DNA from: Candidatus Cloacimonadota bacterium | GTDB taxonomy: Bacteria; Cloacimonadota; Cloacimonadia; G963667145 | Direction of reading: 5' to 3' | Assembly: GCA_963676615.1 (NCBI GenBank) | Contig: OY781092.1 | Span: 832,001-896,000, forward strand | DNA length: 64,000 bases | In this document: piece by piece, positions 34,596 through 44,383 of the stretch | How the letters are laid out: each line of letters starts with the position of its first letter | Numbering within the stretch: position 1 is the first letter of the stretch | Made by a program: the position numbers and the translations under genes | Notes under the pieces: model-generated | Told to the model about the DNA's origin: nothing | Databases searched by the model: none | What the model saw: only the letters and a program-made list of their open reading frames with translations

Positions 34596-36161
34596 TCAAA
34601 CATTTACGCCAATTTCGTCTGCAATCTGTCCCAAAATCGTCCGCTTTTGCGAAAAAATTCGGCAAACTCGCTCCACTTTGCGAAAATCGACTTTTCCACT
34701 GCCCAAAAGCGGTATCCTCTTTAGCACAAAAACCGTCTTCGGCACAGAAATTTCGTTCAAATTTTCACGCACCCACTTTTTCATCTTCGCCTTATCGATT
34801 TTGGCGGTCGTCGCCAACACAATCTCCGCACCTTTTTTTTCGCTTGGAATATCCACCACGCAAAACAAAATATCCTCGCCTTTGAAAAACTCGCTCAAAA
34901 CGCTCTCTACCGCCACCAAACTCACCATCTCGCCGCCAACTTTCACAAATCGGCGCAAGCGCCCTTTTAGCCACAAAAATCCGTCGTCATCCAAACAGCC
35001 CATATCGCCCGTGTCATACCAGCCATAGCGAAAATGCAAATCGGTATTTTCCACATCGCGATAGTAGCCGCTCATCACATTATCGCCGCGCACCAAAATT
35101 TTCCCCGTTTGATTTGCTGGCAAATCTTCGCCAGATTCTGCATCCACAATCCTGATCTCCACGCCTGGAAAAGCTTTTCCGACGCTGCCAAGCCGATAAT
35201 CTTCGAACCGATTGTTGGTCAAAATCGGGCTGGTCTCGGTCGCGCCATAGCCTTCTATCAAAAACAGATTATGCTCGTCCACATAGCGTTGATGCAGCTC
35301 CTTCGGCAAGCGATCTGCACCGCAGATAGCCACTCTGACCGAGCGAAAAGTGTCGCCAGAGCACCTGCGCAAATACGCAGCATAAAAAGTCGGCGTGCCC
35401 ATAATAAACGACGCCCGATGCTCCTTGATCGCGTTGCAAGTCAGCTTGTAATCCAGCGGATTGCTCAGCGTGATGATGCTCGCGCCCAAATACAACGGAA
35501 TGCAAAAATTTCCCTGAAATCCAAAAACATGGAACAGAGGCAGCGACGCCAAAAAGCGGTCTTTCGCCGTCAAATCGTAACACTTGATCGTGCCCAAAAT
35601 CTGCCCAGCGACATTTTTGCCCGTCAGCGGCACAACTTTTGGTCTGCTCTCGCTCCCCGAAGTAAAAAGCAAAACAATATTTTTTTTCGCATCCAATCGG
35701 CAAAACAGCTTTTTCAAAAAATTATACGGCAATTTGGCAATCAGCGCCGCCTTGAGTTTGGCAAAAACCGAAAACTGCTTGAAAACATCCTCAATCAGCA
35801 CCATCTCGGCGCTTTGCTCCACATTCAATTTGCTCAAAAGCGCCTTGGCGGTTATCACTTTTCTGGTGCCGCACTTGCTTTTGGCATAATCGCAATTTCG
35901 CCGAACGCCCGTGGTGTAGTTTATCATCACAGGAGTTTTGCCGCACGACAGAAGCGCCAACATCGAAATAATCGCGCCGCCAGAGACGGGAATCATCATT
36001 CCGACATTTTTCCCGGGGTAAGTTTTGAACTTTTTCCGCAGCAAAAGCACCGCCACGAGCGCTTTTTGGTAGGAGATTTTTGCCCCGCTGACTCCGTCGA
36101 TAAAAGCAGGTTTGCTCCCGAATTTTTTCGCACTTCTTAAAAAATTTAAACAAACATTCAT
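34596..36161 (-). CDS. AMP-binding acyl ligase, Aas C-terminal-domain-like (paralog 4)
   Basis: LFTSGSE..PK, LPLFH.FG, EGYGATETSP, WYDTGD and RFVKVGGEMVSL motifs. Confidence 0.88.
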   Translation of the reverse strand: MNVCLNFLRSAKKFGSKPAFIDGVSGAKISYQKALVAVLLLRKKFKTYPGKNVGMMIPVSGGAIISMLALLSCGKTPVMINYTTGVRRNCDYAKSKCGTRKVITAKALLSKLNVEQSAEMVLIEDVFKQFSVFAKLKAALIAKLPYNFLKKLFCRLDAKKNIVLLFTSGSESRPKVVPLTGKNVAGQILGTIKCYDLTAKDRFLASLPLFHVFGFQGNFCIPLYLGASIITLSNPLDYKLTCNAIKEHRASFIMGTPTFYAAYLRRCSGDTFRSVRVAICGADRLPKELHQRYVDEHNLFLIEGYGATETSPILTNNRFEDYRLGSVGKAFPGVEIRIVDAESGEDLPANQTGKILVRGDNVMSGYYRDVENTDLHFRYGWYDTGDMGCLDDDGFLWLKGRLRRFVKVGGEMVSLVAVESVLSEFFKGEDILFCVVDIPSEKKGAEIVLATTAKIDKAKMKKWVRENLNEISVPKTVFVLKRIPLLGSGKVDFRKVERVCRIFSQKRTILGQIADEIGVNV

Positions 36162-37708
36162 TGTTTTTCCAGCTCCAAAGCAAGCTGCTCCACCTGCCTA
36201 AAATTGATCTTTCCGTTGCCCATAATCGGCAACTCGTCTGCGACCAGATATTTTTTTGGGAAGTAAATTTTGGGGAAACCGTCTGCCGCCAACTGCTTGT
36301 TCACATCGCTTTTGCTCACTTTTTCGCTGGTGACCAAAACCAAACGAGCGCCTTTTTTATCGTCGGGCAAGCCAACCATGCAAAACTGCAAACTCTCAGG
36401 AAAAATTTTGCCTATCGAGCCTTCTATCGCCGAGAGACTAACCATCTCGCCACCAATTTTCACGAATCGACGCAATCTGCCACGATGCCACAAATAACCG
36501 TCGGCGTCCATCACGCCCATATCGCCCGTGTCATACCAGCCGTCGCAAAACCGAAGCGAGCTCTCCTCCACATCGTTGTAATATCCGCTGATGACATTTT
36601 CGCCTTTAACCAAAATCTTGCCCTCTTTTCCCGCAGGCAACTCCTGCCTAGTCTTGTCGTCCACAATCTTTACGCTCACTCCTGGCAATGGTCTGCCCAC
36701 AGAACCGAACTTGTCGAAACCAGAAATGTTCGTCGAAATCACAGGAGAAGCCTCGGTAACGCCATAACCTTCGAGCAAATCGACACCAAACCGCTGCTTA
36801 TACTCCTCTTTCGTCTTCTGCCCCAGCTTGTCCGCTCCAGCGATCATCGTCCTGATGCCCGCAAAAGTCTCGCTGTTGGCGTAGCGCAGATAGGAGCTGA
36901 ACATATTCGGCGTGCCCATCGTAAACGAAATCTTGTATTTCTGAAAAATCTCGCACAGCGTCTTGAACTCCAGCGGATTTGGATGCGTAACCAAAGTCGC
37001 GCCGTAGTAAACGCCATACCAAAGTAGCACCGTATAGCCAAACACATGAAACAAAGGCAAATTCGCCAGCACCATCTCCTGCGGCGTCATCGGAATAAAC
37101 TCTGGATACGAGCTCAGCTGACTCAAAATATTTTTCTGACTAATCGGCACGCACTTGGGATCTTTCTCGCTCCCAGAAGTAAAAAGCATCACGCAAGTCT
37201 GCTCCAGCTTCACCTTGCCGACCATCGCTTTCAGGGCAAAAACAGGCAACTTCGACTTGGCAAAAGCCAAAAGTTTGTCCGCCGCATTCACCTTCGCAAA
37301 AATATCCTCGATGAGCACCATCGACTTTGTCGGCTCAATATCGAACTTTTCCAAAAGCTTTTTGGAAGTCAGCACAATATCCACGCCGCACTTATCTTTG
37401 GCGTATTGGCAATTTTTCAAAATCCCCGTGGAGTAATTGATCATCACCGCAATTTTGTCCGCAAAAAGAGCCGCAATCAGCGCAATAATCGCTCCGCCAG
37501 AAGTGGGAATCATCATTCCGATTTTTTTGTGCTTGTATGCGCAAAACTTCTGCTTTAGGATGAGCGAGGCGATCAAAGCCTTGCCATAAGTGATTTTCTG
37601 CCCACTTACTCCGTCGATAAAAGCGACCTTTTTCGGATATTTTTTGGCAATCTCCACAAACTTTTTTGCCAACAGCTCCTGATTTTTCATCTGTCTGCCC
37701 TCGTTCAA
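36158..37708 (-). CDS. AMP-binding acyl ligase, Aas-like (paralog 3)
   Basis: Same motifs; ATGA overlap with the next gene (start could be 37690). Confidence 0.88.
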   Translation of the reverse strand: MNEGRQMKNQELLAKKFVEIAKKYPKKVAFIDGVSGQKITYGKALIASLILKQKFCAYKHKKIGMMIPTSGGAIIALIAALFADKIAVMINYSTGILKNCQYAKDKCGVDIVLTSKKLLEKFDIEPTKSMVLIEDIFAKVNAADKLLAFAKSKLPVFALKAMVGKVKLEQTCVMLFTSGSEKDPKCVPISQKNILSQLSSYPEFIPMTPQEMVLANLPLFHVFGYTVLLWYGVYYGATLVTHPNPLEFKTLCEIFQKYKISFTMGTPNMFSSYLRYANSETFAGIRTMIAGADKLGQKTKEEYKQRFGVDLLEGYGVTEASPVISTNISGFDKFGSVGRPLPGVSVKIVDDKTRQELPAGKEGKILVKGENVISGYYNDVEESSLRFCDGWYDTGDMGVMDADGYLWHRGRLRRFVKIGGEMVSLSAIEGSIGKIFPESLQFCMVGLPDDKKGARLVLVTSEKVSKSDVNKQLAADGFPKIYFPKKYLVADELPIMGNGKINFRQVEQLALELEKQ

Positions 37709-39228
37709 TTTCCGTTTTTTATCTGATTACAAGCTTTTTCCACTTGTCTAAAATCGACTTTGCCGCTACCCATCAGCGGAATTTCGTCCAACACTATCTG
37801 CTTTTTTGGCAAATAGATAGAGGCAAACTCTTTGCTGGTCAAAAATTCGCGAACTTTGCCTAAATCGACCTCTTGCGTGAGAGCCAAAGCGATGTAAGCG
37901 CCTTTTTTGTTATCCGCCACAGCCACCGCACAATACAACTCAGCGTCGGTAAAAAACTCCTCCAAAGCGTGCTCCACAGCCACCAAACTGACCATCTCGC
38001 CGCCAATCTTCACAAAGCGGCGCAACCTGCCACGATGCCACAAAAAACCGTCGGAATCCAGCACACCCATATCGCCCGTGTCATACCAACCGTCCACAAA
38101 ATGGCTCGCCGTTTCTGCCTCGTCCAGATAGTAGCCGCTCATCACATTATCGCCCTTGAGCAAAATCTTGCCCTCTTTCCCAGCGGCCAGCTCTTCACCA
38201 GAATTCACATCGACAATCTTCACGCTTACGCCAGACATAACCTTGCCCAAACTCCCCGGCTTGTGATTTTCGGCGTTGTTCACCGACACCACAGGCGAAG
38301 ATTCCGTCACTCCGTAGCCCTGCCAAATATCTTTGCCAAACCGTTTCAAATACTCTTGCCGCAAGCCCTCGGGCAAATTATCCGCACCAGAGACCATCAC
38401 CTTCATACTCGCAAAAGTTTTGTCGTTCGCCTTGGCAAGATACGCCCGAAAAAAGGCTGGCGTCGCCACGAAATAGGTCGTCTGATACTTCTGCATCGAC
38501 TTGCAAATATTCCGATACTCCAGCGGATTTGGGTGCGTGACAATCGTGCAACCGTAATAAATCGGCAGCCAAAACATCGTCGTGAAGCCAAACACATGAA
38601 AAAGCGGCAAACACGACAAAAAAATCTCCTGATTGCTCATCGGCAAAATCGTGGGAATATTCTCCAGCTGCTGCCAAATATTTTTGTGGCTAAGCGGCAC
38701 AGCTTTCGGCGTTTTCTCGCTGCCAGAGGTGAACAAAATCACCGCATAATCGTCCATTTTGCCAATCGATACCAGCTTCGTCAGCACGCTCGTGGGCAAC
38801 TTCGACTTCAACAGCGCCGCAATTTTGGCAAAAAGCGAAACCTCTTTGACAAAATCTTCGATGAAAACCATACCCTCCAACGGCTCCAGCTCCAACTTCT
38901 CCAAAAGCGCCGACGAAGTGATAATCAAATCGAAATCGCACTTTTTGCGGGCGTAAACCGAATTTTTCAGCGCACCCGTGGAGTAGTTAATCATCACGGG
39001 TACTTTGCCCGCCATCAGAGTCGCTGCCACAGCGATCATACAGCCGCCAGAAGTGGGAATCATTATCCCGATATTTTTCTCTTTGTAAGCCGAAATCTTT
39101 GCCTGCAAAATAAACGCCGCAATCAAAGCCTTGTCGTAACTGATTATTTTGCCGCTAGTTCCGTCGATAAAAGCGGGCTTGCTCTTTGCCTTTTTGGCTG
39201 CTTCGATAAATATTTTTTGCAAAATCAT
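37705..39228 (-). CDS. AMP-binding acyl ligase, Aas-like (paralog 2)
   Basis: Same motifs (QGYGVTESSP variant). Confidence 0.88.
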   Translation of the reverse strand: MILQKIFIEAAKKAKSKPAFIDGTSGKIISYDKALIAAFILQAKISAYKEKNIGIMIPTSGGCMIAVAATLMAGKVPVMINYSTGALKNSVYARKKCDFDLIITSSALLEKLELEPLEGMVFIEDFVKEVSLFAKIAALLKSKLPTSVLTKLVSIGKMDDYAVILFTSGSEKTPKAVPLSHKNIWQQLENIPTILPMSNQEIFLSCLPLFHVFGFTTMFWLPIYYGCTIVTHPNPLEYRNICKSMQKYQTTYFVATPAFFRAYLAKANDKTFASMKVMVSGADNLPEGLRQEYLKRFGKDIWQGYGVTESSPVVSVNNAENHKPGSLGKVMSGVSVKIVDVNSGEELAAGKEGKILLKGDNVMSGYYLDEAETASHFVDGWYDTGDMGVLDSDGFLWHRGRLRRFVKIGGEMVSLVAVEHALEEFFTDAELYCAVAVADNKKGAYIALALTQEVDLGKVREFLTSKEFASIYLPKKQIVLDEIPLMGSGKVDFRQVEKACNQIKNGN

Positions 39229-39248
39229 CTAAAATTCCCTATCGCTTT

Positions 39249-40778
39249 CTAGCTTTTTTTGTTCATCTGGTCGCAAATATTTTGCACAGCTCGAAAATCG
39301 ACTTTTCCGCTTCCCATAATCGGAATCTCGTCCAGCACAAAAACCTTTGACGGCACACTCAAAGCCACCAAACCTGCTCTCACCAAATATTTTTTCACAT
39401 CCAACAACTGACAACTTTTGTCCACAGCAAGTCCCACGCAAGACGAGCCGTCGGATTTACGCATCTCCACAGCGCAATAGTTCACATCCTGCTCAAAAAA
39501 TCCCTGCAGAGCCTCTTCCACAGCCACCAAACTCACCATCTCGCCGCCGATTTTCAGAAATCGCTTGGCTCTGCCCTTGTGCCACAAATAGCCGTCCTCG
39601 TCGATCAATGCAATATCGCCCGTGTCATACCAGCCGTCTTGCAACGCACTTTTGTCCAAATCTTCGCCGACCAAATAGCCACTCATCACATTATCGCCCT
39701 TGACCAAAAGTCGCCCCTGCTCTCCCGCAGCCACCTCCTGCTGCGAATCTCGTGCCACCACTTTCACCAAAACATCGGGAAGCACCTTGCCGATGCTGCC
39801 AGGTTTGTGAAAACCAGCTCGGTTCGTGCTAATCACAGGCGACGCCTCTGTCACGCCATAGCCCTCGCAAAGCTCCTTGCCAAAGCGCTGGGCATACTCT
39901 TGCCGCAACCCTTCTGGCAACTTGTCCGCTCCCGAAATCATAATCCGCACCGAATCGAAAGTGCTACTCTTGGCTTTGGGCATATACGCCCTGAAAAAAA
40001 CTGGCGTCCCAGTCATAAAACTCACCTTATACTTCGGCACAATTTGGCAAACCAGCTTGTAATCCAGCGGATTAGCCACCGTAACCATCGTCGCACCAAG
40101 GCTCACGCCAAGCCAAAAATTTGTAGTAAATCCAAAACTGTGAAACAAAGGAAGCGACGCCAAAAAAATATCTTTGTCCGTCAAATCCAAAATTTTGGGA
40201 ATCGCCACCAGCTGCGAGATGATGTTGCTGTGCGTGAGCGGCACAACTTTCGGCTCGGACTCACTTCCCGTGGTAAGCAGCATCACCGCCCAATCTTCGC
40301 TGCCCTTTTTTGGGAACTTCGCCAAAATCTCGTAGGCCGACTTTTTGCTCAAAAAAAGCGCTCGCACCTTGCTCCAAAGCGACACCGAAGCCAGCAAATC
40401 TTCCACCATCACCATCTGAGCAGTCGGCTCCAGCTCCAACTTTTGCAAAAGCGCCCGCGCGGTTATCGTCTTTTGCAACGCACACTTTTGAGCGGCATAA
40501 TCGCTATTTTTTATCGCTCCCGTTGCGTAATTCACCAGCACAGGCACTTTGCCGCTGAGCAGCACCGCCACTATGGTCAGCATCGCCCCAGGCGAAGTCG
40601 GAATCATCACCCCAATTCGCTCGCCAGGCATTTTCTGGATTTTTTCCGCAAGCAACAGCGCAGCAATCAAAGCTTTGGAATAGCTAATCTCTTTGCCACT
40701 GACAGAATCGATAAAAGCGGTCTTCTTCCCAAACTTTTTTGCGCTTTCCACAAAAATTTCGGTCAAACTATTTCTCAA
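39249..40778 (-). CDS. AMP-binding acyl ligase, Aas-like (paralog 1)
   Basis: Same motifs (LLTTGSESEPK variant of the phosphate-binding loop). Confidence 0.88.
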   Translation of the reverse strand: MRNSLTEIFVESAKKFGKKTAFIDSVSGKEISYSKALIAALLLAEKIQKMPGERIGVMIPTSPGAMLTIVAVLLSGKVPVLVNYATGAIKNSDYAAQKCALQKTITARALLQKLELEPTAQMVMVEDLLASVSLWSKVRALFLSKKSAYEILAKFPKKGSEDWAVMLLTTGSESEPKVVPLTHSNIISQLVAIPKILDLTDKDIFLASLPLFHSFGFTTNFWLGVSLGATMVTVANPLDYKLVCQIVPKYKVSFMTGTPVFFRAYMPKAKSSTFDSVRIMISGADKLPEGLRQEYAQRFGKELCEGYGVTEASPVISTNRAGFHKPGSIGKVLPDVLVKVVARDSQQEVAAGEQGRLLVKGDNVMSGYLVGEDLDKSALQDGWYDTGDIALIDEDGYLWHKGRAKRFLKIGGEMVSLVAVEEALQGFFEQDVNYCAVEMRKSDGSSCVGLAVDKSCQLLDVKKYLVRAGLVALSVPSKVFVLDEIPIMGSGKVDFRAVQNICDQMNKKS

Positions 40779-40804
40779 AACAACTCCTTTTCCTCAAAAA
40801 AAAA

Positions 40805-42640
40805 TCACTCCACAGTCACGCTTTTCGCCAAATTTCTGGGCTGATCGATGTTCAAACCTTTTTCGTAGGCGACATAATACGCCAAAAGTTGCAACGGAAT
40901 ACTCACCAAAATCGGCATCAACGCCCACAAAGTTTGCGGCACATAAAAAACTTTTTGGCAAATCGCCTCCAAATTTTCGTCCTTTTGGGACGCCACGGCA
41001 TAAATCTTGCCTTTGCGCGACTTCACCTCTTCCAAATTGGAAATAATTTTGTTGTAAATCGCATCATACGGCGCAATCGAGACAATCGGCATATTCTCGT
41101 CTATCAAGGCGATAGGTCCGTGCTTCATCTCCGCCGCGGGATAACCTTCGGCGTGAATGTAGGAAATCTCTTTGAGCTTGAGCGCGCCCTCCAGTGCCGA
41201 CGGAAAATTTATATCTCGACCCAAAAAAAGCGCATTTTTGCTATCTTTAATCAGGTTTGCCACCTCTTTCAGCTGCTGTTTATACTCCAGCACCTGGTCA
41301 ATTTTGGCTGGCAAAGCCTCCAACTCCTCGATAAACTCCAACACCTGCTGATTGTCCACGCTGCCACGCACTTGCCCAAAATGATACGCCAAAAGCGCCA
41401 AAGCTGTCACCTGCGAAGTGAAAGCTTTCGTCGAAGCCACGCCAATCTCGGGACCTGCGTGCAGATAAGTTCCGCCGTCCGACTCGCGCGCAATCTCACT
41501 GCCCACAACATTCGTAATCCCATAGACCATCGCGCCGCGATTTTTCGCCTCTCGCATCGCCGCCAAAGTGTCCGCCGTTGCACCGGACTGGCTGATTGCC
41601 ACCACAATCGTGTTCTGCGGAATTATCGGATTGCGATAACGATACTCGCTGGCATACTCCACGCTCACGGGAATTCTGGCGATTTTCTCCAAAAGATATT
41701 TACCCACTTGAGCCGCATGCCACGAAGTTCCGCACGCCACAAACTGCACATTCTCCAAGTTGCGAACATCTCTTGCGCTAAAATTAAATCCACCCAAACG
41801 CACGCTGCAATTGGCTTTGCTCACTCTGCCACGATACGCATTTTGCACCGTCTCCGCCTGTTCGCAAATCTCCTTGAGCATAAAATGTTCGTAGCCGTTT
41901 TTGGTAATCGCCGAAATATCCCAATCGACCTTATCGATTTTCTTCTCAATCGGCTCGTCGTCCAAAGTGGTAATCTCGAAATCGTCTTTGGTCACGCACG
42001 CCATCTGAAAATCGTCCAAATAGATGACATTGGAGGTGTGAATCATTATCGCACTTGCGTCCGACGCCACATAGTTCTCGTTTCCACCAACACCGATAAT
42101 CAGCGGACTGCCACACCGTGCTGCGTAAAATCTATCTGGCTCATCCTCGTCAATCACCGCAATCCCATAAGTCCCCTCAACTTTCTTCAACGCCAGCTGA
42201 ATCGCCTTTTTCGTGTCGTTCTCTTTGCTCTTGAAATAACTAATCAGATTCACAAGCACTTCCGTATCTGTCTGGGAATTAAACAGATAGCCCTTTTCCT
42301 GCAACTCCGTGCGCAAAAATTTGTAATTTTCCACAATCCCGTTGTGCACCAGACAAATTTTGCCGTCCATACTGCAATGAGGATGCGCATTCTCGACCGT
42401 CGGCTCGCCGTGAGTCGCCCAGCGAGTGTGCCCAATTCCTAAACCCGAGCTGTTATTTTGTCCCTGGAGCTTTTTTTGCAGCCGAACAATCTTACCGACC
42501 TCTTTGGTAACGCCGATTTTCCCGTTCTGCACAAGAGCCACGCCAGAGCTATCGTAGCCGCGATACTCCAGCTTCTTCAGCCCCTCAATCACCACTGGCA
42601 AAGCCTGCTTATCGCCTACATAACCTACAATTCCACACAT
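40805..42640 (-). CDS. glmS: Glutamine--fructose-6-phosphate aminotransferase
   Basis: MCGIVG, LEYRGYDS, GHTRWATHG and PRNLAKSVTVE motifs. Confidence 0.98.
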   Translation of the reverse strand: MCGIVGYVGDKQALPVVIEGLKKLEYRGYDSSGVALVQNGKIGVTKEVGKIVRLQKKLQGQNNSSGLGIGHTRWATHGEPTVENAHPHCSMDGKICLVHNGIVENYKFLRTELQEKGYLFNSQTDTEVLVNLISYFKSKENDTKKAIQLALKKVEGTYGIAVIDEDEPDRFYAARCGSPLIIGVGGNENYVASDASAIMIHTSNVIYLDDFQMACVTKDDFEITTLDDEPIEKKIDKVDWDISAITKNGYEHFMLKEICEQAETVQNAYRGRVSKANCSVRLGGFNFSARDVRNLENVQFVACGTSWHAAQVGKYLLEKIARIPVSVEYASEYRYRNPIIPQNTIVVAISQSGATADTLAAMREAKNRGAMVYGITNVVGSEIARESDGGTYLHAGPEIGVASTKAFTSQVTALALLAYHFGQVRGSVDNQQVLEFIEELEALPAKIDQVLEYKQQLKEVANLIKDSKNALFLGRDINFPSALEGALKLKEISYIHAEGYPAAEMKHGPIALIDENMPIVSIAPYDAIYNKIISNLEEVKSRKGKIYAVASQKDENLEAICQKVFYVPQTLWALMPILVSIPLQLLAYYVAYEKGLNIDQPRNLAKSVTVE

Positions 42641-42664
42641 ATAATCACCTGTATTTGCAAAAAA

Positions 42665-42892
42665 TTACGCCGCCACAACTTCTTTAATCTCAGGCAGTTC
42701 CGCCTTTAGAACCTTCTCAACACCTTGCTTGAGAGTCAGCGCCGCCATCGGACAACCGCTACAAGCCCCCGTGAGCCGCACCTTTACCACCATATCATCG
42801 CAAATCTCCACCAACTCCACATCTCCGCCATCAGCCTTAATCGCAGGCCGAATCTTGTCTAGCGCTTTTTCAACTTGTTCTTTCGTAATCAT
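42665..42892 (-). CDS. NifU C-terminal (Nfu) domain protein
   Basis: IRPAIKADGGDVELV and GACSGCP motifs. Confidence 0.93.
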   Translation of the reverse strand: MITKEQVEKALDKIRPAIKADGGDVELVEICDDMVVKVRLTGACSGCPMAALTLKQGVEKVLKAELPEIKEVVAA

Positions 42893-42938
42893 TTTTCTCT
42901 CCTTAAAAATTTTATTCGCACGCCACTTGCGGCAAAAT

Positions 42939-44354
42939 CTAACTATCTTTATTTACAATGCTTTCCAGCTCTTGAGCCAAAGCGAAAAGCTGCTCTTCGC
43001 AAAATTTATTGCCCATAATCTGCACGCTCAGCGGCAAAGCCTGCTGACTGCGTTTTTCGATTGGCACACTAAGCGCCGGAATGCCCGCAATGTTCGCCCC
43101 ACAAGTAAAAACATCCGTATTATACATCTGCACAGGATCCAAACATCGCTCGCCCAATTTTGGCGGAAGCGAGTTTGCCACTGGCGCCAAAATCAAATCG
43201 CACTCGTTTTCAAAAAGATGCGTAAACTCCGCCTCGAAGTTGGCTTTCGCCTGCAACGCCTTTCCATAATAAGCGTCGAAATAGCCCGCCGACAGCACAA
43301 AAGTTCCCAGCATTATGCGTCGTTTGACCTCTTTGCCAAAGCCAGCCGAGCGGGACGCGCCAATCATCTGCATCACGCCATCTGCCTCTTTGCGAGCGGA
43401 ATATCGCACGCCGTCGATCCGCGACAAATTCGACGACAACTCCGCCGTGGTCAGCACATAATAGGTCGGCACAGCAAACTCGCTAGAGGGCAGCGACACC
43501 GATTTGAAACGAAACCCTGCGTCTTTCATCTTTTGAATAAACGCCAAAATTCTCGGCGATAAATCTTTGTCCAGCGCCCGAAAAAACTCATCTGGCAAGC
43601 CGATTACCAAATCTTTGCCCGATTTAATTTCCGCATTTTGGGGATAAACTCTGCTGGTCATATCGTGGGCGGATTTGCCTTTTATACAATCAAAAATTGC
43701 CTTGTTCTCGGCGACCGTTTTGCTCAAAACACCGATTTGGTCGAGCGAAGACGAAAAAGCGGCAAGTCCATAGCGGGAAACGCTGCCATAAGTCGGCTTT
43801 AGCCCGACTAAGCCGCAATAGCTAGCGGGCAACCGCACAGAGCCTCCTGTCTCGCTGCCCAAAGCCACAGGCACCATTCCGCCAGCGACACTCACGGCGG
43901 CGCCACTGCTGGATCCTCCAGGAACACGAGAAGTGTCCAGCGGATTTTTTGACGCTCCAAAATGCGAATACTCGCCCGTTGCGCCCATAGCAAACTCGTC
44001 CAAATTAGTTTTACCGACAATTATCGCGTCTTCAGCCTCCAGCCGCTCAACCACCGTCGCATCAAAAGGACTGCGATAATCTTGCAACGAAGCCGACCCG
44101 CAAGTCATTCTCTGTCCAGCAATTGCGATATTGTCTTTCACCGAAATCGGCAAACCCGCCAAAGAGCCAACGCTCTTCCCCGCGGCAATCTTGGCATCCA
44201 GCTCCTTCGCCTTTTGCAGCGCCCGCTGCTCAAACACCGTAATAAAAGCGTTCAAATCTTTTTGCTGCTCGATTTTTTGCAAAACGCTACTCACCACCGA
44301 AACCGCAGAAACCTCGCCACTACTCACTTTTTTAACTATTTCAAAACTTTCCAA
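42939..44354 (-). CDS. gatA: Asp/Glu-tRNA amidotransferase subunit A
   Basis: KDNI, GKTNLDEFAMG, PGGSS, GSETGGSVRLPA and EVKRRIMLGTFVLSAGYFDAYY motifs. Confidence 0.92.
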   Translation of the reverse strand: MESFEIVKKVSSGEVSAVSVVSSVLQKIEQQKDLNAFITVFEQRALQKAKELDAKIAAGKSVGSLAGLPISVKDNIAIAGQRMTCGSASLQDYRSPFDATVVERLEAEDAIIVGKTNLDEFAMGATGEYSHFGASKNPLDTSRVPGGSSSGAAVSVAGGMVPVALGSETGGSVRLPASYCGLVGLKPTYGSVSRYGLAAFSSSLDQIGVLSKTVAENKAIFDCIKGKSAHDMTSRVYPQNAEIKSGKDLVIGLPDEFFRALDKDLSPRILAFIQKMKDAGFRFKSVSLPSSEFAVPTYYVLTTAELSSNLSRIDGVRYSARKEADGVMQMIGASRSAGFGKEVKRRIMLGTFVLSAGYFDAYYGKALQAKANFEAEFTHLFENECDLILAPVANSLPPKLGERCLDPVQMYNTDVFTCGANIAGIPALSVPIEKRSQQALPLSVQIMGNKFCEEQLFALAQELESIVNKDS

Positions 44355-44383
44355 CTTAACTCTCTCTTAAAAAAATTAACTCG

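Noticed and set aside
42939..44354. Orphan gatA as a novel amidase
   Set aside because: GatA-specific motifs are intact, and dispersed gatA/gatB/gatC genes are common.
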